A stretch of 64,000 nt of DNA, taken from NCBI GenBank assembly GCA_900541505.1, contig UQKK01000007.1, positions 2,650-66,649 on the forward strand, given 5' to 3'. The notes beneath the pieces were generated by a model. It had not been told where the DNA came from and did not search any database. It worked only from the letters and a program-made list of their open reading frames with translations. A program made the position numbers and the translations under genes. How positions within the stretch are numbered: the stretch's first letter is position 1; each line of letters starts with the position of its first letter. Positions 31,240 through 41,188 of this stretch are shown here, piece after piece. The stretch is from an uncultured Ruminococcus sp. (GTDB lineage: Bacteria > Bacillota > Clostridia > Lachnospirales > Lachnospiraceae).

Positions 31240-32430
31240 TCAAGTTTTCACTTCAATAGCGTACTTCCGATTTCTAAAAGACTCAAAACATCCAAGCAGC
31301 AGACACCAGATAACCCAGGCAAGAAACTCCTCTCCGTAAGTGTGGATAACGCCTGTACTCCACAATGTCTTCATCCATATCCCGGACAAAAACTGTCCCG
31401 CGAAGGTGGCGATGATAACCATGGAAATAATTCTGCCTCGTACTTCCGCAGACTGCGCACCCGCTTTTGCGTACAGATAAATACTCGGATAAATAAGACT
31501 ATAACTGCCTCCCACGACAGATGCCCCTGCCAGAATCATAACAGAGGATGTGTGTCTCCACAAAAGGAGATAGCCGATTCCCATCAGCATATATCCCAAA
31601 AACAGAACCAATTTCTCTGCGCGCCTGCGGATTTTCTCATATATGACCCCCATCAGAAATCCCACCAGCATAAAGCAGGCATTGACACAGGAAGCAAAGA
31701 CACTATCGTCTCTCCCGGTCTCGCCTAAAAACAGAGATAAATTCGTAGTCAATCCATAAAATGCCATATTGGCAAAACACATTTCCAGCACAATCAGCCA
31801 GGTCTTTCCCGAAATTCCTCTTATTTCCGGGTTCCTGATATTCTTTCTGCTTCCGTCATTTTCCGGGATATTACTCTTTTTCTCCATTGCGGGAAGAAAA
31901 AGATACACAGCGATTCCAATCACTATGCCGATTCCATAGATGAGAAATGCCATCCTCCACCTTTCCGACGGCAGTACTGCAATAAGAAGCGAAGTAAAAA
32001 TACCGCTCAAATAAGTCATGGCTGCTGTAAGCCCGGTAAGTCGTACCGCTATTTTCCCGCTGAAAAGTTCTGTGATGAGGAGCTGCGCAAAGGGCATCAC
32101 CAAACCGCAGCCAATCCCCAATAGCATCCTCACTGTGATAAGCTGCCAGTACGCCGTACACCATATACCTCCCACTCCACCCACTGTATAGAGTAAAAGC
32201 CCGGTAAGCAGCAGAGATTTCTGCCTGAATCTTGCCATAAGCCCAGGCATACAGATATTCACTGCCATAATACAAAATGGTGGCAACAATACCACCATTT
32301 GTATTCCCATATCGGAAACCGAGGGAAATTCCTCGCGGATTGAGCCCAGAAGAGGCGCGATTGCCTGGGAGCAAAGGACGGTGAGCATGGACAGAGATAA
32401 CACCGTCGCCGCCTTTATTCTCTCTCTCAT
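31240..32430 (-). CDS. MFS transporter
   Basis: Twelve predicted TM helices, MFS-type loop motifs. Start at MRERIK with a GGAGAAGG RBS. Confidence 0.8.
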   Translation of the reverse strand: MRERIKAATVLSLSMLTVLCSQAIAPLLGSIREEFPSVSDMGIQMVVLLPPFCIMAVNICMPGLMARFRQKSLLLTGLLLYTVGGVGGIWCTAYWQLITVRMLLGIGCGLVMPFAQLLITELFSGKIAVRLTGLTAAMTYLSGIFTSLLIAVLPSERWRMAFLIYGIGIVIGIAVYLFLPAMEKKSNIPENDGSRKNIRNPEIRGISGKTWLIVLEMCFANMAFYGLTTNLSLFLGETGRDDSVFASCVNACFMLVGFLMGVIYEKIRRRAEKLVLFLGYMLMGIGYLLLWRHTSSVMILAGASVVGGSYSLIYPSIYLYAKAGAQSAEVRGRIISMVIIATFAGQFLSGIWMKTLWSTGVIHTYGEEFLAWVIWCLLLGCFESFRNRKYAIEVKT

Positions 32431-33467
32431 CTGCCTTCTCCTATACCACTTTGTAGATGAAATTCCGGACATATTCTGCCAATCACATCTCCCTGGTTAT
32501 TATATATCTTTTCATCGAACAGTTCATCCAAACGCTTTTCCAGCATTGGATTTACATAACCAATCTGCCGGAACAGCTCTTTGACAACAGCGGGCATTGT
32601 ATGCTCGCTTCCGTCTTCTATTTTGATGGCAATACCCATCTTCTCTTTTTTCATACCAATTCCAAGGACACCCTGGGAGCCGTCTTTTACTATGAGGTTT
32701 TTATCCTCATTGAGCACAGAGCAGATGTGACCGGTCCGGCGTACCAGTACGGGATTCTCATTCATCGCAGTCTGGATTCTCATCACACCTTCGCGCCATT
32801 TGGCGCCTTCCTTTCCCATCCCCTGAAATGCCTCCTGAGGGGCTGCCAGTTTTTGGTAAGCCGATGCAATTGCGTAGAAGGGCACTGCAAAAACCGGAAC
32901 GCCGCATCCGTCTATCCCCAATTTGATATCCTGAGGCGGTATCCTACAGAATTTACTGATATACTTAAGGATGCACTGCTGTGCCGCAGCCTCTGTTTTC
33001 CAGTATCCTGCCGTATCATTTGTCAAATATTTCTGTAATATCATGGCTGCAAGATGCTTCCCCGCGCAGAGATGATAGAGGCTGCGCATCTGTCCGCCGC
33101 TGCGCAGCACTTCTTCCCGTGCCGTTGTTTCCTCCGGCAGACAGGGCTTTATGATGAAATCTTCTTCTCGGAATCCCGTCTTTTTCAAGATACTTTCCAA
33201 CACTTCGATGTGTTCCGGCTCCCCTCCCTGGGAACCGGACATCACGGCAATCTCTTTTTTATTCAGATGGTATGCTGCATCCAGTCCTTCTACCAGGAGA
33301 GGAAGCACCTGGACAGGCTTTGACGCAGAGCGAAAATAGGTGACCGCCTCTATCTCATCTGTATGCCACAGCAATCTGCCACCTTCTCCGACTACCGCAA
33401 TCCTGCCTCTGTGTATACACTCTTTCAATTCATTTCTGTACTCAACAGTCAAACATTCCATTTCCAT
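32427..33467 (-). CDS. Asparaginase_II-family (PF06089-like) protein
   Basis: ~346 aa soluble protein whose length and GCGVP / glycine-rich motifs fit the Asparaginase_II family. Co-oriented with the transporter and M20 hydrolase genes. Confidence 0.5.
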   Translation of the reverse strand: MEMECLTVEYRNELKECIHRGRIAVVGEGGRLLWHTDEIEAVTYFRSASKPVQVLPLLVEGLDAAYHLNKKEIAVMSGSQGGEPEHIEVLESILKKTGFREEDFIIKPCLPEETTAREEVLRSGGQMRSLYHLCAGKHLAAMILQKYLTNDTAGYWKTEAAAQQCILKYISKFCRIPPQDIKLGIDGCGVPVFAVPFYAIASAYQKLAAPQEAFQGMGKEGAKWREGVMRIQTAMNENPVLVRRTGHICSVLNEDKNLIVKDGSQGVLGIGMKKEKMGIAIKIEDGSEHTMPAVVKELFRQIGYVNPMLEKRLDELFDEKIYNNQGDVIGRICPEFHLQSGIGEGR

Positions 33468-33534
33468 CTTTCCTTTTTCTATGGTATCATCGCATTTATT
33501 TTCTTACTTAAATGCTATTGCTACAATCACTTCT

Positions 33535-34719
33535 TTATTTAAATATCATCGGCGCAATCACTGCGGCAATCATGGCAGAGGTGATGCTGACGGAAACAAC
33601 TGCGGCAATAATCATCTTCGGCATAAGATGTCCTGTAAGCCTTTCTTCTCCTGTCTCATCCAGATTGTGCTCTGCCACCGCCACACGGATTGCTTCCTGT
33701 GTCAGGGCGTAGTTCAGAGGATAGCCCGCCATGCAGGTGATACAGACAGCAGTGGAAAGGTAAGGTGTCCATTTGAACACTTTTCCCAGGATGATTGCGA
33801 AAATGGAGCAGGCAACCGCTCCCAGCAGGAGCAACCCAATAATTGGCACCAGCATTTTCAAGAGTTCCTGGAACGGGAACTGTAAGAAACTTGCCAGAAC
33901 CGCTACAAAGGACCCCAGCAGAACCAGACCTTCCGCTCCCGCTTTTTTCAGACTTCCCTTCTCCAGGAAACCAATCTGCGCAAAGATAAATCCCATGAGC
34001 AGGAAACTGATTGTGTTTAAAAGTCCTGTCACATTTGTGACAACTTCCGCTAAAAGTGCAACCAACGCCATCTTACACATATAGATATTGGCAGTCTGGT
34101 ACTGTTTCGGCATATCCGGGATAAACTTAATGTTAAATTTGCTCTTCTTCTCCTCCGCCTTCACTAAAAATTCCGGTGATGCAGTAAAACGCTTAGATTC
34201 TTTTCTCAGACAGAAGGAGGCAATCGGAATACCAATCAGATTCTGTATGGACATCATCGTTGTGACAAACGCCACGATGTCCGCTCTTCCATAACTATTT
34301 GCGACTTCCGTTGTCACCAGTGTCGCCGGAAGCCCTCCGCAGATAATCGCAATGGAACTCAATCCGTACTCTCTGCCGAAAATGGCAGAACCGATGGTGA
34401 AGCCCATGATTACAATGCCCACCATGGAAAACAGGACAAGGACGATTGTCTTCCACTCATTGATAAGTTCTCTTGTATTCAGAGAGGAACCGATATTTAC
34501 AAACACCAGAGCAAGCCCATAAGTTCCCAGGATATTGCCGAGACCGGATACGTCAATCATATCCGCCGGCAGGATTCCCATCGCTCCTCCAAAAACAGAA
34601 AATATAATAATCGCTACAATCATTGCCGATACGATTCCTTTTGTTTTTAAAGAAATCACATCGCCAAGCGCAAATATAACCAATATCACCGCAAATGCTA
34701 CAACAGGCGTCCAACTCAT
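33535..34719 (-). CDS. Polytopic membrane transporter (family uncertain)
   Basis: ~394 aa, more than ten hydrophobic helices with an internal duplication-like architecture. ATG at 34719 with an AGGAGGG RBS; the ORF-track start is a TTG six nt upstream. Confidence 0.55.
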   Translation of the reverse strand: MSWTPVVAFAVILVIFALGDVISLKTKGIVSAMIVAIIIFSVFGGAMGILPADMIDVSGLGNILGTYGLALVFVNIGSSLNTRELINEWKTIVLVLFSMVGIVIMGFTIGSAIFGREYGLSSIAIICGGLPATLVTTEVANSYGRADIVAFVTTMMSIQNLIGIPIASFCLRKESKRFTASPEFLVKAEEKKSKFNIKFIPDMPKQYQTANIYMCKMALVALLAEVVTNVTGLLNTISFLLMGFIFAQIGFLEKGSLKKAGAEGLVLLGSFVAVLASFLQFPFQELLKMLVPIIGLLLLGAVACSIFAIILGKVFKWTPYLSTAVCITCMAGYPLNYALTQEAIRVAVAEHNLDETGEERLTGHLMPKMIIAAVVSVSITSAMIAAVIAPMIFK

Positions 34720-34734
34720 ACTCAAACCCTCCTC

Positions 34735-36171
34735 TTATTTCTTATAGGGGCAGCAGTCTTTCGGAAGAATCGACTGGTATCTTATCCCCTTTGTGCGTCT
34801 CTCAAATTCCTCTTTTATCTCTTTTAATTTCTCCGGATTTTCCAACAGTTCGATGGCAGACATCCCCATAATCTTCCCCGCATGAACAGCAGATTTTTTC
34901 ATAAGGGGCGTCTTGCCCTGCAGCGTCACCATCCAGGAATGATTTGTAGTACCCGCTGCCCTGCCTGCAGTACTGATTTGCGCTGTCGGCGCCACTTGAC
35001 TGACATCGCCCACATCTGTGGACCCAAACAGGAGCCCTGCCGGTTCGTGATAAGGAAGTATCGTATCCTGTATCACTTTATCTTTCATGTGGGCTGCCAT
35101 TTCCTCTGTAACCTGCTCTCCGTAGAGCGCAACCATCCTCTTAAAGTCGGAATCCTTCTCCTCATCTGTGAGAATCTCTCTGACCTTCTCCGCAAAGACC
35201 AAATCTTCCTCATCAATGGGAAACATCCCTATTTCCTCAAATGTTTTATGTATGAGACGTTCCAGTGTATAATTGGGAAGCAAATCCGCCACTGCAGTGT
35301 CAATCTTTACTTCCACTTCTGTTTCCGTCATCATCGCAGCGCCCTGCGCGATTTTTTCAATACGCGCTAAGAGCTGCCTGCATTCCTCCATCTTCGGCGC
35401 CCGAAGCTGATACAGCATTTTCGTGTGGTCCTGCACGACATTGGCGTACTCGCCGCCCGCATCTAAAAACGCATAGTGAATCCTGGCATTGGAACTCATA
35501 TGTTCTCTCAAAAAGTTTGCTCCCACATTCATCAGTTCTGCCGCATCCAGCGCGCTTCTGCCCTTATCTGGTTCCAGCGCGGCATGTGCGGGCTTCCCCT
35601 TAAATGTTACATGAATCAAAATGGTCGCCAGCAGTGCCGCGGGAGCGATATAATTCATATTGTCCGGATGCCACGCGAGCACGGCGTCTACATCCTCAAA
35701 TTTTCCATCCCGCACAAGAAACGCCTTGCTGAATCCGCCTTCCTCCGCAGGACAACCGTATAGTCTCACCGTACCGCTGTGCCCTGTCTTTTCCAGATAG
35801 TCCTTCAGCACCAGCGCTCCCGCATAGGAACCCATTCCCAGCGCATTGTGGCTGCATCCATGCCCGCTGGTATTCTCGTCATGTCGTTTCTTTGTCAGAC
35901 ATCCAGCCTCTTGTCCCAGATTCGGCAGCGCATCATATTCTGCCAGAAATGCAATCACCGGACTGCCGGAACCATATTCCGCCAAAAACGCTGTGGGAAT
36001 CTCACTGTAATTTCTTTCTACTTCAAAGCCATCCTCTTCCAAACATTTACAGAAATATTCTGCCGACTGTGTCTCCTGATAGTTTGTTTCCGCAAATTCC
36101 CAGATAGCATCATTCAAATCATAGAGCTTCTGCTGCTTTTCCTCTAAAATCTTAAAATATCGGGTGTCCAC
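34735..36171 (-). CDS. M20 family amidohydrolase (AbgB / hippurate-hydrolase-like)
   Basis: M20D metal-binding region ...SGHGCSHNALGMGS...GCPAEEGG. GTG start with a GGAGGTG RBS. Confidence 0.8.
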   Translation of the reverse strand: MDTRYFKILEEKQQKLYDLNDAIWEFAETNYQETQSAEYFCKCLEEDGFEVERNYSEIPTAFLAEYGSGSPVIAFLAEYDALPNLGQEAGCLTKKRHDENTSGHGCSHNALGMGSYAGALVLKDYLEKTGHSGTVRLYGCPAEEGGFSKAFLVRDGKFEDVDAVLAWHPDNMNYIAPAALLATILIHVTFKGKPAHAALEPDKGRSALDAAELMNVGANFLREHMSSNARIHYAFLDAGGEYANVVQDHTKMLYQLRAPKMEECRQLLARIEKIAQGAAMMTETEVEVKIDTAVADLLPNYTLERLIHKTFEEIGMFPIDEEDLVFAEKVREILTDEEKDSDFKRMVALYGEQVTEEMAAHMKDKVIQDTILPYHEPAGLLFGSTDVGDVSQVAPTAQISTAGRAAGTTNHSWMVTLQGKTPLMKKSAVHAGKIMGMSAIELLENPEKLKEIKEEFERRTKGIRYQSILPKDCCPYKK

Positions 36172-36357
36172 TTTTTCACCTCCGCATTCTTAATTTATAA
36201 ATATAACCGCGCGATTTATATTTTTTTATATATTTTTAAATTTATATATAATTTTTTCTAAATTCCTTGTTATAATTATACTATCGGATGATAAATACCG
36301 GAAATATATAATTTTTATGGAAATAGATAGAAATTTTAATTAAGGGGGTTTTTCATC

Positions 36358-37293
36358 ATGAAAATGGAACAATTGCAGCATTTAATAGAAATTTCCAGAA
36401 CAGGGTCATTTAGTCAGGCTGCCCGCAATCTTTATATCTCCCAGCCAAACTTAAGCCACTCCGTCAAACAGATAGAAACCGAACTGGGACATCCTGTCTT
36501 TGAGCGGACTCCCAGCGGGATTATGACTACAGAATTTGGAAAAAATATCATTTCTTACGCCGCCACACTGCAAAAACAGTATGAGGATTTTCAATATTAC
36601 TGCGAACACGTATCCCGAAAACCGGGGATTTCGCTTCGCATAGCCTCTTTAAACTTAAACTCCGCAACCCCTGCTTTCCTGGAACTTATCAAAGAATACA
36701 CCGGGGATTCCACCCATTTTTCCTACCTGCATTTTCTGTCTCTGGACCAGATTATTGAGCAGATTTCCACTTTTCAGGCAGATTTGGCGGTCATCGGGAT
36801 TCTCTCCCCTTTTCAGAAGAGCAGCCTTGTAAAGCTTTCCAATCATCTGATGGAATACCATCCTCTTATGAAGACCGGGATAGCCGCCATTGTAGGGAAA
36901 CAGCACCCTCTCTATGAGACAGAGGCAGATGCCATTTTGCTGGAAGATATTCTGAACCAGAGAATCATCTTCTGTGGTGACTCTGCCAGCGACCCCAGTT
37001 TTTCCATGCCTATGGCGCTTGGTATCTATAACCGGGCATCCAGCCATATCCGCGTAAACAGCCTGTCCATGTTTTATAAAATATTGGAACAGACTGCCGC
37101 TGTGGGATTGTTGACATGTAATCTGGATATGGTGGGAAAAAGCCACACCGAAGGCAGAGAATTACGCCTTTTGCCGATAAAAGACACTTCCATCCACGGC
37201 GAGATAGGCTGGATAAAATTGCAGCAGTTTCGCTTACCGGAACCGGCATATGCTTTTCTGGAAAAGTTAAAAGAATTGTATGGAAGTGAATAG
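36358..37293 (+). CDS. LysR family transcriptional regulator, divergent from the M20/transporter/asparaginase cluster
   Basis: N-terminal HTH MEQLQHLIEISRTGSFSQAARNLYISQPNLSHSVKQIE. C-terminal LysR substrate-binding domain. AT-rich divergent promoter region. Confidence 0.85.
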   Translation: MKMEQLQHLIEISRTGSFSQAARNLYISQPNLSHSVKQIETELGHPVFERTPSGIMTTEFGKNIISYAATLQKQYEDFQYYCEHVSRKPGISLRIASLNLNSATPAFLELIKEYTGDSTHFSYLHFLSLDQIIEQISTFQADLAVIGILSPFQKSSLVKLSNHLMEYHPLMKTGIAAIVGKQHPLYETEADAILLEDILNQRIIFCGDSASDPSFSMPMALGIYNRASSHIRVNSLSMFYKILEQTAAVGLLTCNLDMVGKSHTEGRELRLLPIKDTSIHGEIGWIKLQQFRLPEPAYAFLEKLKELYGSE

Positions 37294-37316
37294 AGCAATC
37301 CATACTTTCACATTAC

Positions 37317-37391
37317 CAAAAAGGAACCCTTATGACCTTTGATGCGTCCCTTAGCTTTTGGAGACACTTCTGTCAATGGGTTCCTTTTTTA
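37317..37391. terminator. Bidirectional rho-independent terminator between LysR and glgB
   Basis: AAAAAGGAACCC ... GGGTTCCTTTTTT, with A/T runs on both flanks. Confidence 0.65.
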
Positions 37392-37431
37392 TACCATTTC
37401 AGAGTTTCAATCTCTTATTCTTAATTTCTTT

Positions 37432-39357
37432 CTAAAATTCAAATACTGCCACGCCATACGCGGGAAGCGGATACGCAAAGGAATATTTCCTGCCGTCACA
37501 CTCCTGTTTGACAGCCTTGTACACCTGCGGTCTCTCCTCGCCCTTGCCGCCGTATTTTACATCATCACTGTTCAATATCAGCTTATACTGCTTTCTCCTC
37601 GGCACGCCCACGCGGTAATCCTCCCGCTCCATAGGCGTAAAATTGCAGACAAAGAGGAGATTCTTCTTTCCGTCCTTAGAATGTCTGACAAAGCTGTAAA
37701 TGCTGCGGAACCCGTCATTGGGGTTAATCCACTCGAAGCCTTCCGGCTCGTTATCCAGCTCATACATCGCCTTATTCTTCCTGTATAAATGAAGCAAATC
37801 GCGGTACCATGCCTGTATCTGCTGGTGCGGCTCTTCCGCCAGCAAGAACCAGTCCAGCTCTCTCTCCTCGCTCCATTCCCGAAGCTGCGCGAACTCCTGT
37901 CCCATGAACAAAAGCTTCTTGCCGGGATGTCCCATCATGAAAGCGTAACCTGCTTTCAGATTGGCGAACTTGTCAAACCCAAGCCCCGGCATCTTATTTA
38001 TCATAGAGCATTTCAGATGCACGACCTCATCATGAGAGAGCACCAGGATATAATTCTCACTGTACGCGTAGGACATGGCGAATGTCATCATATGGTGAGC
38101 GTTCTTGCGGAACAGCGGGTCTAATTTCATATATTCTGTGAAATCATGCATCCAGCCCATGTTCCACTTCAGGCTGAAGCCCAGCCCGTCATCCTCCGGC
38201 GCCCCTGTCACCTTGGGCCATGCGGTGGACTCTTCCGCAATCATCACACAGCCATGGTTTCGTCCCAGGACTACGGAATTTAAGTGCTTGAAGAAAGCGA
38301 TGGCTTCCAGATTCTCATTGCCGCCGTATTTGTTCGCCACCCACTGTCCGTCCTGCTTGCCATAGTCCAGATACAGCATAGAAGCGACCGCATCCACGCG
38401 CAGCCCGTCCACATGGTAGTGCTCAATCCAGAACAGGGCATTGGCAATGAGGAAGTTCTGCACCTCCGGTTTCCCGTAGTCGAAAATCTTCGTTCCCCAG
38501 TCAGGGTGTTCTCCCATCCTGGGGTCTGCGTATTCAAATGTCGGTGTACCGTCAAAATCAGCCAGTCCGTGTGCATCCCTCGGGAAATGTGCGGGTACCC
38601 AGTCCAGTATGACGCCTATCTTATTTCTGTGAAGGTAATTAATCATATAGGCAAAGTCTTCCGGCGTCCCGTATCTGGAAGTGGGCGCATAGTATCCGGT
38701 TACCTGATAACCCCAGGAACCGTCAAAGGGATGTTCTGCCATTCCCATCAATTCTACGTGGGTATATCCCATCTCTTTCACATATTTTGTGATTGCCTTC
38801 GCGAACTCGCGGTAAGTATAAAATCCCTCGTCCTCTCTGCCGGGGTGACGCATCCAGGAGCCCAAGTGTACTTCATAGATGGACATGGGATTCTTCTTAT
38901 TGTCCCATTCCTTGCGCGCTTCCATCCAGGCGCTGTCTGTCCACTTCAAATTGGAGATATCCGTAATCCTCGAAGCAGTCCCCGGTCTTAACTCCGCGTA
39001 ATTGGCGAAGGGGTCTGCCTTGAAAATCCGGCTGCCCTTCTTCGTCTCAATGCAGAATTTGTAGAGGTCACCTTCTTTCACACCGGGAATGAAGCAGGTA
39101 TAGATTCCCACCGGCTCCTGCCGCTCCATATAATCCGCCTCAAAATCCCAGTTATTAAAGTCTCCCACCACGGAAACTCTTCTCGCATGGGGCGCCCACA
39201 CGGCAAAGTACACGCCTTCCTTTTTGTTCTTTACCGCCTTGTGCGCTCCCATTTTCTGATAGATTTCATAGTGTGTCCCCTGCCCGAAAAGATACTGGTC
39301 AAGCTCTCCTATCTCGAAGGGGAGGACTTTCTTTTTTTTGGTTGTTTTCTTTCCCAT
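37432..39357 (-). CDS. glgB: 1,4-alpha-glucan branching enzyme
   Basis: 641 aa GH13 with N-terminal CBM48, catalytic motifs (GVILDWVPAHF, GLRVDAV), C-terminal alpha-amylase_C. Confidence 0.9.
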   Translation of the reverse strand: MGKKTTKKKKVLPFEIGELDQYLFGQGTHYEIYQKMGAHKAVKNKKEGVYFAVWAPHARRVSVVGDFNNWDFEADYMERQEPVGIYTCFIPGVKEGDLYKFCIETKKGSRIFKADPFANYAELRPGTASRITDISNLKWTDSAWMEARKEWDNKKNPMSIYEVHLGSWMRHPGREDEGFYTYREFAKAITKYVKEMGYTHVELMGMAEHPFDGSWGYQVTGYYAPTSRYGTPEDFAYMINYLHRNKIGVILDWVPAHFPRDAHGLADFDGTPTFEYADPRMGEHPDWGTKIFDYGKPEVQNFLIANALFWIEHYHVDGLRVDAVASMLYLDYGKQDGQWVANKYGGNENLEAIAFFKHLNSVVLGRNHGCVMIAEESTAWPKVTGAPEDDGLGFSLKWNMGWMHDFTEYMKLDPLFRKNAHHMMTFAMSYAYSENYILVLSHDEVVHLKCSMINKMPGLGFDKFANLKAGYAFMMGHPGKKLLFMGQEFAQLREWSEERELDWFLLAEEPHQQIQAWYRDLLHLYRKNKAMYELDNEPEGFEWINPNDGFRSIYSFVRHSKDGKKNLLFVCNFTPMEREDYRVGVPRRKQYKLILNSDDVKYGGKGEERPQVYKAVKQECDGRKYSFAYPLPAYGVAVFEF

Positions 39358-39476
39358 AAGTCCACCTCACAGCTCGTTTTTATATATCCCCATTATACTT
39401 GATATGCAGGAAAAATAAAAGGATAAAACAATACCATGAGCAAAAATAGACATACACATTTTATCCGTCCAATATA

Positions 39477-41141
39477 TTACGCTTTATACCATACCATTGT
39501 CTCATATGGTCTCAATTTCCATACGCCGTTTTCCGGTTTTTCCGTGTTTTCATAATTTTTCAGGATACACTCATAGCCTTCCAAATCTGTACTGTATTTC
39601 CACTCATACTCCGTACCGTAGAAGTTCGCCGCCACAATCATCTCCTGTCCCTCATAGGTCCTCCTGTAGGCGAATACTTTCGCATCGTTAAAGGCGAGCG
39701 GCTCAATGGAGCCGAAAGCGATGATATCCATCTCTTTTCTGAGGGCAACCAGCTTCTTATAGTAACGGAAAATGGAATCCTCCTCATCAACCTGTGACTT
39801 GGCATTGATAACTGTATGATTCTGATTTACAGCAATCCAGGGCTTTTCCCCTCCTTCTGCAGTAAAGCCTGCATATTTCGACTCATCCCACTGCATGGGG
39901 GTGCGCCCGTTGTCGCGGGAATGAACCTGCACGATACGCAAGGCGTCAGACGCGCACATTCCTTTTTCCTGCAAAATACGGTAATGGTTCAGACTCTCCA
40001 CATCCCGGTATTGAGAAATATCGTGAAAGTCAGCATTTGTCATGCCAATCTCCTCCCCCTGGTAGATGTAGGGAGTTCCCCGCATAAGATGCATGATTGT
40101 GGCAAGCATTTTCGCGGATTCCTTCCAGTACTTCCCTTCATCCCCGAAACGGGATACCACTCTGGGCTGGTCGTGATTGCACCAGAACAGGGCATTCCAC
40201 GCGCGGTGCTCCTGCATTTTCGTCTGCCACTCAAACAGGATACGTTTCAGTTTCCCGAAATCCGCCGGAACAAGTACCCATTTCTCATTTCCCATGAAAT
40301 CCACTTTCAGATGGTGGAAACTGAAAACCATGGAAAGCTCCCCGGTATCCTCGCCGGCATATTTATAGCAGTTCTCAATGGATGTGCTGGACATCTCGCC
40401 CACTGTGACAATCCTGGCATCCGTTCCAAATGTCATATCGTGCAGTTCTTTTAAATACTGGTGAATCTTCGGTCCGTCCGTATAATATTTCCTGCCGTCG
40501 CCTGTCTCATCGTCCTCGAACACACTCTTGCTGATGAGGTTAATGACATCAAAGCGGAATCCTTTGACCCCTTTGTCCATCCAGAATCTGACGATTTTCT
40601 GTATCTCCCGGCGGACATTTTCATTCTCCCAGTTCAAATCCGCCTGTGTCACATCGAAAAGATGGAGATAGTACTCATCGAATTTCTCCACATACTCCCA
40701 TGCATTTCCTCCGAACTTGCTCTCCCAGTTGGTGGGCGGTTCCCCGTTCTCTTTTCCCTTGCGGAAAAAGAAGAAATCCTTATAGTAAGGGTCGCCCTCC
40801 ATCGCCTTTTTAAACCACTCATTCTCGGTAGATACGTGGTTGAACACCATGTCGAACATCAGCCCCATGCCGCGCTTATCCGCCTCTGCAATCAACTCCT
40901 CCACGTCCTCCATAGTACCGTAACGGGGGTCGATGCGGTAATAGTCCGCCACATCATACCCGTTGTCGTTCTGGGGAGAAACATAAAATGGCGTCAGCCA
41001 GATATAGTCAGCCCCCAGTTCCTTTATATAATCCAGTTTGGAGATAACTCCCCGCAAATCTCCGAATCCATCCTGATTGCTGTCGCAGAATGATTTGGGG
41101 TAAACCTGGTACACTGTGCTCTTGCGAAAATCTCTTTCCAT
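39477..41141 (-). CDS. treC: GH13 alpha,alpha-phosphotrehalase / oligo-1,6-glucosidase family enzyme (likely trehalose-6-phosphate hydrolase)
   Basis: YQVYPKSFCDSNQDGFGDLRGV...GADYIWLTP, GH13_29/31-like motifs. Immediately downstream of the PTS EIIBCA gene and with a divergent GntR/TreR gene nearby. Confidence 0.75.
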   Translation of the reverse strand: MERDFRKSTVYQVYPKSFCDSNQDGFGDLRGVISKLDYIKELGADYIWLTPFYVSPQNDNGYDVADYYRIDPRYGTMEDVEELIAEADKRGMGLMFDMVFNHVSTENEWFKKAMEGDPYYKDFFFFRKGKENGEPPTNWESKFGGNAWEYVEKFDEYYLHLFDVTQADLNWENENVRREIQKIVRFWMDKGVKGFRFDVINLISKSVFEDDETGDGRKYYTDGPKIHQYLKELHDMTFGTDARIVTVGEMSSTSIENCYKYAGEDTGELSMVFSFHHLKVDFMGNEKWVLVPADFGKLKRILFEWQTKMQEHRAWNALFWCNHDQPRVVSRFGDEGKYWKESAKMLATIMHLMRGTPYIYQGEEIGMTNADFHDISQYRDVESLNHYRILQEKGMCASDALRIVQVHSRDNGRTPMQWDESKYAGFTAEGGEKPWIAVNQNHTVINAKSQVDEEDSIFRYYKKLVALRKEMDIIAFGSIEPLAFNDAKVFAYRRTYEGQEMIVAANFYGTEYEWKYSTDLEGYECILKNYENTEKPENGVWKLRPYETMVWYKA

Positions 41142-41188
41142 TGATATTGTCCTTTCTGTATTGCCAAACTCGTCTCCTACCCGGAGGC